Shown here piece by piece: positions 29,301-36,192 of a stretch of DNA of 64,000 bases. The notes beneath the pieces are model-generated. The model searched no databases. It was not told the origin of the DNA and saw only the letters and a list, made by a program, of their open reading frames with translations. A program made the translations under genes and the position numbers. The stretch lies in the NCBI GenBank assembly GCA_964587885.1, contig CAZPME010000003.1:40996-104995 (forward strand), written 5' to 3'. The stretch is from an uncultured Candidatus Poseidoniales archaeon (GTDB lineage: Archaea; Thermoplasmatota; Poseidoniia; Poseidoniales; Poseidoniaceae). How positions within the stretch are numbered: the stretch's first letter is position 1; every line of letters starts with the position of its first letter.

Positions 29301-30388
29301 CTAATTTACTTGGAATGGAAAAATTACCATCACTACTTCGGTGTGCAACACAAGAAGGACGTGAGAAATTAGAAAATTACCTCCGACTATGGGGAATGGC
29401 TCTGCTGTTATTCTCGTTTGATGAAGTATATGGCCTGTCTACTTTATTTGTCGCAATTTGGGTGACCTGGGAGGCTTGGGTGAAGCAAGAAAGAACCCTA
29501 TTTTTACTAACACCAATGCTTCATGCAATTGCATTATGGAATATCGAGCGAGTGGCGGAAATCCAAGGTAATGAATTGGCGGGATGGCTGCTGATTCTTG
29601 AAGGTGCGATTCTATCGTATCTGTCAGCGATAAAATGGTATCCCGACTGGAATTGGTCAGAAGATGGGGAAGAATACTGGCACTGGAACGACATGCTGGG
29701 AATATTTGGAGCGACCTACGGGGTCGTAGGAATACTATGGGCGCTCTGGGATTTGACCGATATCGGCGCTTCGCTACTAATTATCCTCTATTGTGGTATG
29801 CAGGCCGCCGCCGATTTCGAAACTACCTGGCGCAGAATAACCAGTCTTGTTGGGACTTCATTGGGGACATTTTTGGTGTTTTTCTCCGATGTCGGCACAA
29901 CTTTTGCCGGCATCTCCTTGATTGTTGGTGGCCTAGCAGCATTTGCTCAAGCCGTTCTCTACTTCCGAGTTTGGGGAATTGAAGAAGGTACTCTGAAACT
30001 CGAGACTGTTTCCACCCAAGTATCCACAATAACTGCAGAAAGTAGTGAGGAAGAAATAGAGGTAAAAGAAAAGATGGAGCCGGTAATTGAAAGCTCACAA
30101 GTAGAAGATGATGATACTGATGAAATTGAAGATTTCCTTGATTCTTTAGAGGATGAAACGAGCGGAGATGGCGATTTAGACGAAGGTCAAGATGATGATG
30201 TGGCTATTCCAACTGCAATCCTAAATCGAGTCACAACCTCGCAAGGTTTCGACATTGAATTACCACCACAAGTAATGCAAAATATTCTTCAAACACTAGA
30301 AAATACCGATACTGAAGGATTCCAGCCGGTTATTGGATTTGACCAATTCGGCCGAATAATTATGAATTTTGAGCCGGCCGATTCGTAA
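26345..30388 (+). CDS. giant polytopic integral membrane protein (~30+ predicted TM helices) with acidic C-terminal tail; family unknown
   Basis: 1347-aa ORF that is hydrophobic along nearly its whole length with no recognisable soluble domain. Last ~130 aa acidic (EDDDTDEIEDFLDSLEDETSGDGDLDEGQDDD). Confidence 0.55.
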   Translation: MPNALGLHMSQPPPRKSSAPPRENTSAETIVIGNSNNMPISGAQRLGQLWLWGVAILAIWSGLFTIAYSQGDSNNRFALLGLGGIISGLVFFVSVDMQRRKHGVITDLHDYMMAMSFFFTAAGMFWGVRYAVALFSSVDFTYFIHPDRPFTGMSSVGWYPNANAIYAQAAAAALLAALQWLYLKPMQNDERNTTTVSWFVVCITPFALLLVGLGTWVDWSDGFVSYEIGVAMVTLSSIAMMLSVESNNNLVFAITANVASFMTLIYEIVHSPPSGSSSGGALSLMAFIIIAQGLLAASPKLERKMVEKASMGLVFAALIAMIFAVSTEMTLHLGPSKFSATDSYLTLPTMIWITLLVAYLPAVHDNRIPWMPIGLAGALVLLPDPSNIIPWSICLVMIPYMLWNKKTREWVANWTFGLFAASFFVVGWLTWIRSVEGDADTWTAFPQYFDLIIAIVIIAVGELASRNAKLNRNVFRFALFCVVGSPATMIANDSLMPWLVALYLLGSVIIEQQEYDENGGFAARKDMSLTMATSLTLTVILAMLGRLSLSDTPLAAIESQLMGFNLLLAIIAVTYFVVGSRMSHAEFDLGIMLKMISKNAAQSASFDPTTGTWVVDEKEFDEIEEALESSWGQIARFSLFGPLILFTTAMVSIQNSELSDNPFLMLLFAIPVGVLVREVLQVEGAGSRERAVGVWSMVAISLPLSFKMDDIGFSTAAIFFDLIMINGPLIVHFVLLKRGLAEKQELSKSADDWTLLGMVALGMLDATGGLALTVMFAIVLWRAILHRSKVALYALPLMWLFFPSRLDKSDNILNLILSELGSFGDTLLGTERILEIPYVRYAGLMWLIYAALALGKSAGDVQLRKRSDEEIETLPFIYPGIFLFLGLDLLLVQDAWLLCAVTTILLLFGWSSGRMEGFSFAPPAYFFSFLIGFDSEGYSGFELFSISCFGSGLVSFALWIAANKGLLYRWAKETITAAELNEGVDTNLLGMEKLPSLLRCATQEGREKLENYLRLWGMALLLFSFDEVYGLSTLFVAIWVTWEAWVKQERTLFLLTPMLHAIALWNIERVAEIQGNELAGWLLILEGAILSYLSAIKWYPDWNWSEDGEEYWHWNDMLGIFGATYGVVGILWALWDLTDIGASLLIILYCGMQAAADFETTWRRITSLVGTSLGTFLVFFSDVGTTFAGISLIVGGLAAFAQAVLYFRVWGIEEGTLKLETVSTQVSTITAESSEEEIEVKEKMEPVIESSQVEDDDTDEIEDFLDSLEDETSGDGDLDEGQDDDVAIPTAILNRVTTSQGFDIELPPQVMQNILQTLENTDTEGFQPVIGFDQFGRIIMNFEPADS

Positions 30389-30455
30389 GCCAACTCCAGT
30401 GATAGTGGTTGGTCAAGGCTGTGGTTTATGGGGCGTCACCTTTACCAAGTCAAAT

Positions 30456-30998
30456 ATGAGCGAAGCCAGCGACTTGATGGTATGGATTGACCTTGAGATG
30501 ACTGGTCTCAATATTGAGGACTGCTCAATTATTGAAATCGCCACCATCATCACCGATGGAGAACTAAATATTGTAGCAAGTGGACCAAACCTCGCCATCA
30601 AGGTCGCCGATGAATTACTCGATGCTATGGATGAATGGAATACAACTCATCACAATCGCAGCGGCTTGGTTTCTCGGGTCCAAGAAAGCGAGATAGACCA
30701 TGCTGAAGCTGAACGATTAACCCTGGAGTTCATCTCCCAGTATGTAGAGCCGGGGATGGCTCCATTATGCGGAAATAGTGTTTGGAACGACCGCAAATTC
30801 ATGGAAAAAGAAATGCCGGCGGTTACCGATTACCTCCACTATAGGATGGTAGATGTGTCGTCGATCAAAGAATTAGCCGACCGGTGGTATCCTGAAGTTC
30901 CCCGCTATCGCAAAAAAGCATCACATCTCGCTCTTGACGATATCGTTGAATCGGTCGAAGAATTACGCTACTATCGGCAAAAAATCTTCACTAAATAG
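30456..30998 (+). CDS. orn: oligoribonuclease (DEDDh 3'-5' exonuclease)
   Basis: LMVWIDLEMTGL ... CGNSVWNDRKFMEKEMPAVTDYLHYRMVDVSSIKELADRWYPE closely matches bacterial/eukaryotic Orn. Start set at ATG 30456 (181 aa), not the TTG ORF start at 30369 which overlaps the upstream gene. Confidence 0.8.
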   Translation: MSEASDLMVWIDLEMTGLNIEDCSIIEIATIITDGELNIVASGPNLAIKVADELLDAMDEWNTTHHNRSGLVSRVQESEIDHAEAERLTLEFISQYVEPGMAPLCGNSVWNDRKFMEKEMPAVTDYLHYRMVDVSSIKELADRWYPEVPRYRKKASHLALDDIVESVEELRYYRQKIFTK

Positions 30999-31842
30999 AC
31001 TGTCGCCAAGTGCCCTGAGTTGGATCTACTCCTTTGCTAGAGGCGATAATCTCGGCAATTACAGAAATAGCAATTTCGGCTGGTGTTTCAGCACCGAGAG
31101 CAATTCCAATTGGACAGGTTACTTGTTCTATCGAAGATTGAGAAATCCCATTGTCTAAACAGGTCTTGGAAAAACTCTGCCATTTGCTCCGACTACCGAT
31201 TACTCCAATGCGAGCAGGATGTGGCATTTCATCAGATAATTCCAACAATGATTGTAATCGTTCCTCATCTTCCTTCCAATCATGACCCAAGAGCAAAATA
31301 TCGCTGAAACGAGAAAGACTGGAAAAATCTTCATCAGCAAAAAATGATTTGACCGAACCGGCGTGTAGTTCACGAGCATTAGGGTACGCAAGTTCGCCAG
31401 CATATTCTTCGCGGGTATCATGTACGCTGTGATCCCAACCCATGCCATGAGAGATACTTGCAATTGCTGCGGCAACATGACCACCACCCATTAGCAAGAT
31501 GTGAGGTGTTGGTTCGATTACTTCTAGAGACACGGTAAGACGACCCCCACAGAGACTATCCAAGGGTGTGACTTCATAGCCCTTAGCCCCTTTATTTAAG
31601 CCAAATGTGATGACTTCACCTCCGACAGTGGAGGTAGTGAGTAATTCTTGCAATCGGGAGATTATGGTCATCTCCAATCCTGCACCCCCTACTGTCCCAC
31701 AGCGGTCATTTTTCGAGGTCAAGGCTAATCTCGCCCCCGGCTTACCCGGAACTGAACCTGAGGCTGATAGAACCGTCGCCGAAGCGACCCGCAAGCCCAT
31801 GTTAAGGCGACTACCAATCCATTCAAGGACGCGTTGGGTCAT
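30991..31842 (-). CDS. XdhC/CoxI-family molybdenum cofactor insertion/sulfuration accessory protein
   Basis: Rossmann-like core LLMGGGHVAAAIASISHGMGWDHSVHDTREEYA typical of XdhC. Confidence 0.65.
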   Translation of the reverse strand: MTQRVLEWIGSRLNMGLRVASATVLSASGSVPGKPGARLALTSKNDRCGTVGGAGLEMTIISRLQELLTTSTVGGEVITFGLNKGAKGYEVTPLDSLCGGRLTVSLEVIEPTPHILLMGGGHVAAAIASISHGMGWDHSVHDTREEYAGELAYPNARELHAGSVKSFFADEDFSSLSRFSDILLLGHDWKEDEERLQSLLELSDEMPHPARIGVIGSRSKWQSFSKTCLDNGISQSSIEQVTCPIGIALGAETPAEIAISVIAEIIASSKGVDPTQGTWRQSI

Positions 31843-31858
31843 GAAACGGCCACTCCGA

Positions 31859-32458
31859 CTACCGAGATAAACCGTCGCTTGAAGCAGCCCAGCGGGCTAA
31901 TTCAGCAATGTCTTCTGGGGTATCGATATTAATGTGCAGAAACATATCTTCGACTTGAATCCGAGATGGATTTACCAATTCGTGTAATGGTCGATTGCGA
32001 GTGGCCGACATTATTGCAATAATCTCATCCTTGCCAATTAGCAAAGGATGTGCCCCTCTACCATCTTGACTTGGGCAAGTACAAGACTCGGCTGAAAGAA
32101 TTTTTTGCAAAGTCGAAACCGACCATCCCGGTCTATCAATGGGTACAATTAGGGCCGATTCGGAAAGTCGACCATTTTCTTCCCCTATTGCAAGGAGTCC
32201 ATCTTGAACCGAGCCTGTTCGACCATCCTCGGGACGATTATTGATGACTACATTGCATTCGGGCGCTACGGACAAGCATGACAACGCTAACTCAGCACGA
32301 GTGACTATGATGATAGGATGACAAGACTGACTGGCAAGACGCTGGGAGATGATACTGAGCAATGATTGCCCCTCAACTTCTAGTAAGGCTTTGGGCTGGC
32401 CGAGACGTTCACTAGCACCAGCAGCCAATATTATGGCGGGAATTGTATTCTTGCCCAT
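31859..32458 (-). CDS. molybdenum cofactor cytidylyl/guanylyl-transferase (MobA/MocA-like)
   Basis: N-terminal IPAIILAAGASERLGQPKALLEV, the MobA-like NTP transferase motif. 199 aa. Confidence 0.7.
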   Translation of the reverse strand: MGKNTIPAIILAAGASERLGQPKALLEVEGQSLLSIISQRLASQSCHPIIIVTRAELALSCLSVAPECNVVINNRPEDGRTGSVQDGLLAIGEENGRLSESALIVPIDRPGWSVSTLQKILSAESCTCPSQDGRGAHPLLIGKDEIIAIMSATRNRPLHELVNPSRIQVEDMFLHINIDTPEDIAELARWAASSDGLSR

Positions 32459-32469
32459 TTCGGCACCCG

Positions 32470-33618
32470 CTAAAGGCCACGGGTAATCTCGCGTCCGATA
32501 ATCATCCTCTGGACTTGACTACTACCCTCATAAATCTGGATTACTTTTGCACCGCGCATCAATCGAGCAACCGGATATTCCTCAGAGTAACCATAGCCGC
32601 CGAATACTTGTACCGCATCGGTAGTAACCTCCATCGCAATATCGGCGGCAAAGCGTTTGGCGTGGGCAGCAGCTTCGGTATTTTTCTCTCCTTTATCTGC
32701 CAAAAATGCCGCCTTCCAAGTTAGTAAACGAGCGGCTTCAATTTTTGTCTTCATGTCAGTCAACATGAATTGCATGGCTTGATGCTGATGCAACTTCTTA
32801 CCAAAGGTCATACGCTCGTCGGAATATTGCATGGAATGGTCAAAGGCGGACTGGGCTAATCCAACTGCATGAGCGGCAATATTTGGACGACTCATATCAA
32901 AGGCAGACATGGCATTGAACCATCCGGCACCGTCGCCACCACCGACCATATTGCTGGCTGGGATTCTAACATCATTGAAAGTAACCGCTCGGGTATCGGA
33001 ACAGCGCTGACCCATATTCGATTCCTTCTTACCTAATTCGACCCCATCTCGGTCGGACTCAACAATGAATCCAGTCATACCTTTGTAGCCGGCTTCAGGA
33101 TCGGTATATCCCAAAACAAAGAACCAATCTGCATGTCCCGCTCCAGTGATGAACATTTTTTGCCCATTTATGATATATTCATCACCATCTGCGGTAGCCT
33201 GAGTTTTGATACCTTGAACATCAGAACCAGCGCCAGGCTCAGTTACAGCATAAGATGCCAGTTTACCCTGTTCAGCAACACCTCGCAAAAATTTGTCTTT
33301 TTGCTCAGGCGTTCCTCCAGTAATTATCGGTGCACATGCTAATGCTGTAGCATAAGCAGCGGTAGCAAAACCTGGGTCGCCCCAACCAAGTGCTTCGTTG
33401 ACAATTACCTCTTCCATACTCCCTAATCCTGCCCCACCATACTCCTCTGGGATGTGGAGATTTAACAATCCGAGTTCATTGGCCGCCTTGATTGTCTCAA
33501 GCGGATAGGTTGAATTCGCATCCCAATCTGCCGCATGAGGTCTAATTTCTGCATTAGCAAATTCCATCGCCAAATCACGCAACATCTCCTGCATTTCTGA
33601 TAACGACAGGTCGACCAT
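32470..33618 (-). CDS. acyl-CoA dehydrogenase
   Basis: 382 aa. Typical ACAD segments (YAVTEPGAGSDV..., GGYGYSEEYPVARLMRGAKVIQIYEGSSQVQRMII). Confidence 0.85.
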   Translation of the reverse strand: MVDLSLSEMQEMLRDLAMEFANAEIRPHAADWDANSTYPLETIKAANELGLLNLHIPEEYGGAGLGSMEEVIVNEALGWGDPGFATAAYATALACAPIITGGTPEQKDKFLRGVAEQGKLASYAVTEPGAGSDVQGIKTQATADGDEYIINGQKMFITGAGHADWFFVLGYTDPEAGYKGMTGFIVESDRDGVELGKKESNMGQRCSDTRAVTFNDVRIPASNMVGGGDGAGWFNAMSAFDMSRPNIAAHAVGLAQSAFDHSMQYSDERMTFGKKLHQHQAMQFMLTDMKTKIEAARLLTWKAAFLADKGEKNTEAAAHAKRFAADIAMEVTTDAVQVFGGYGYSEEYPVARLMRGAKVIQIYEGSSQVQRMIIGREITRGL

Positions 33619-33678
33619 GCTTGGCTCAAGCCACCTTCGGTCAAGAGCCTTGCCTATGCCGGATAGCCGAATGGGCCA

Positions 33679-34839
33679 TTACCACCAAGGGTTGAGATAG
33701 CCTTGCCTTAATAGATAAAGCAAGAATACGAATAGTAAGTAAAAACAACACAAGAGTGCCCCCTCTTTGCGGTCGAAAGTAAATCCAGAATACATGAATA
33801 ATAGACATATCCCAATACCAAGAATTGTTACCGGTGCGATTACATTGAGAATCAATCCACTCGGTTCCGATAGTACCAACGGGTTTATCGTGGCAGCTAA
33901 TCCAATAGACAATAATGGATCGGTGATATTTGAACCGATTAAGGTCCCGAGAGCAACTCCTTGCGAACGCTTAGCGGCCATAAGCCCGACCACCAGTTCA
34001 GGCAAGGAAGTACCAACTGCGGTCAAAGTGGTACCTATTACTGATGGTGGGACATCCATCGCATAAGCGAGTTTAGTCGATACTGTAATCAATTCATTGG
34101 CCGCGTAAATTGCGAAGGTCAATCCGGTCACAATCATCACAATATAGGCCGAAGCAGCCCAACTAATTTCCATTTCCGAATCACCAGATTCTTCAGCAAT
34201 TTCATCCTCTTCAGCGCGAATTTTCTCCCGATTTTTAAGCAACCATCCGATGTAAAAGACATAAATCAAACATAGAACAATACCTTCCCAGCGCTCAAGT
34301 GTACCACCGGTCCAAATAAAGAAAGTGAGCAATAATACCGACCCTAACATCAGCATCCCATCACGATGTAACCAAGATGGCCTTACCTTCAGGGGATTGG
34401 TCAAAACAACCAAACCCAAAATGAGGGTGATTTGAACAAGCACTGAACCATAAATATTGCCGATTGCAAAATCGGCTAATTCTGCATCCCCACCTGAATT
34501 CCATGAAGCCGTTGTCGAAACCAAAATTTCAGGCAACGAAGTACCGATTGAAACAATTGTAAGTCCGATAATGACTTCGGCTATTCCTGCTCGGCGAGCC
34601 AATCCTTTGGCTCCTTCGACAAAGAAATCTGCAGAGGTAATCAGGCTACCTATTGCCAGTACCATTAGGAGAACACTTACCCACGCATTAGTCACTCCAC
34701 TCGTATGGACGAAGGTAGAGATTGAGACCAGAGCAATGAATAATGCTCCGGTGATTAGTAATGCATTCCAATGAATAAGTTCAAGCATTCCCAATTCTCG
34801 GTGCGAGGGAGATTTTACTTGGAAATCATCCCCCGTCAT
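33679..34839 (-). CDS. Na+/Ca2+ exchanger (CaCA family, YrbG-like)
   Basis: Two α-repeats with GTSLPE motifs (SIGTSLPEILVS and AVGTSLPELVVG), ~10 TM. Confidence 0.8.
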   Translation of the reverse strand: MTGDDFQVKSPSHRELGMLELIHWNALLITGALFIALVSISTFVHTSGVTNAWVSVLLMVLAIGSLITSADFFVEGAKGLARRAGIAEVIIGLTIVSIGTSLPEILVSTTASWNSGGDAELADFAIGNIYGSVLVQITLILGLVVLTNPLKVRPSWLHRDGMLMLGSVLLLTFFIWTGGTLERWEGIVLCLIYVFYIGWLLKNREKIRAEEDEIAEESGDSEMEISWAASAYIVMIVTGLTFAIYAANELITVSTKLAYAMDVPPSVIGTTLTAVGTSLPELVVGLMAAKRSQGVALGTLIGSNITDPLLSIGLAATINPLVLSEPSGLILNVIAPVTILGIGICLLFMYSGFTFDRKEGALLCCFYLLFVFLLYLLRQGYLNPWW

Positions 34840-34969
34840 ATGCCCTCGTCATCTTCTTCACTCAAGACCATTTGGATTAGAAACCCCCCCCCCTAATTTA
34901 CGAAAACGTTTCCAATTTGGAAAAAGGACTGAGAGTGCATTCATCAAGGGCATTCCTTGAGCACTATTC

Positions 34970-35344
34970 ATGGGCGGAAAGTGGCGGGCCAAGGATTTCT
35001 TTATCCTGACTGCGATTGGACTTGCCGGATTAGTCTTTGAAATAATTCAGTACAATGATGCAGTGGCAATGTGGACTGAGCATTGTAGCGATGCTCTCAG
35101 TTACGAACAATTATCGCAAGAATGTAAGGATTTCAGTGACGACATGGATTGGGTTCTATACGAATTAATCGCCATCAGTGTCCTCACAGTTTTCTCACTG
35201 ATAATGGGTTTTCTAAAGATAGGTGGTGAATCAAGTCGTGGGGATGGTGAGGGATTTGGAGTCATCAAAACATTCGCTGTCGTGACCTTTCTAACTCTAA
35301 TATTCTTATTCATTTACGCCTTTGTTATTCGGTCTCAAGCCTAG
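34970..35344 (+). CDS. small hypothetical membrane protein (3 TM)
   Basis: 124-aa ORF with three hydrophobic helices. No family. Confidence 0.35.
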   Translation: MGGKWRAKDFFILTAIGLAGLVFEIIQYNDAVAMWTEHCSDALSYEQLSQECKDFSDDMDWVLYELIAISVLTVFSLIMGFLKIGGESSRGDGEGFGVIKTFAVVTFLTLIFLFIYAFVIRSQA

Positions 35345-35580
35345 TTCAGTCTTGCAACATTATGTGTATTCAAGTACAAAAGGATTAATTTACTAAATAC
35401 CAAAAAATCAGTTTGTGTCTGGATGGGTTTCTGCAATCATTGCTTCGATATTTGGAGCCGGAGAAGAAGTAGAACTTATTCTCGAAGAAGAATAGAGTGC
35501 ACAAGAGTATGGACGCACAAGGGTTTGAAGCATTATGCCTCTCGGAAATGTTTGAATAACAGGTTGAAAAATTTCGTTGC

Positions 35581-36159
35581 ATGGCGGATGATGTAAAATA
35601 TAGAAGATTGTCAGTTGATGGCACATTGAATGCAGGATTAAGTATTATTATAGTGACGTTTCTCATAATGTTGCTATGTGGATCTTTTGTTGCATTGGCC
35701 TTTATGTTACAGGAAAACACGGAAAGTGCGACTGAATTTACATGCAATTCTGGTGAAACAGTCGAAGCTGAATGGGTTCAAGATGGCACAAGTGATTGTG
35801 TGGATGGTTCAGATGAAACTGAGGCTGCGGAGGAGGAAATAGCGGGTGAGAAAACTTTCGGTTTCCTTTCATATATCATGTTTGGAATTGCCGGTGTAGT
35901 ATTGGTTTCAGGAATATTGGGGTTATCAACAAAAATATTAGCGGATTCAATAAGTGCAGGTTTAGCACTACATGCTGCTAATGAGGCACTTAATCCAGAT
36001 ATTGAAGTCAAGGTTCTTCCTACTCAAGTGGCCCCAGTTCAAGTTGCTCAATCTGCACAGGCGACTACGCCACAACAGCATCAACAACCTACTGCTCAGC
36101 AACATACTCAGCAGGTAGTACACCAGCCGTTGCCACCCCCTCAAAATCCGCATCAATGA
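35581..36159 (+). CDS. membrane protein with LDL-receptor class A-like Ca2+-binding motif and Q/P-rich tail
   Basis: Two TMs flank the external segment FTCNSGETVEAEWVQDGTSDCVDGSDE, which matches the C-terminal half of the LDLa consensus (W.CDG..DC.DGSDE). C-terminal QATTPQQHQQPTAQQHTQQ low complexity. Confidence 0.5.
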   Translation: MADDVKYRRLSVDGTLNAGLSIIIVTFLIMLLCGSFVALAFMLQENTESATEFTCNSGETVEAEWVQDGTSDCVDGSDETEAAEEEIAGEKTFGFLSYIMFGIAGVVLVSGILGLSTKILADSISAGLALHAANEALNPDIEVKVLPTQVAPVQVAQSAQATTPQQHQQPTAQQHTQQVVHQPLPPPQNPHQ

Positions 36160-36192
36160 ACGCACAAGCGTCTACCCAACTTACACTAGGGC

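Noticed and set aside
30369-30455. TTG-initiated N-terminal extension of the orn ORF overlapping the end of the giant membrane protein
   Set aside because: Orn homology and typical length (181 aa) begin at ATG 30456.
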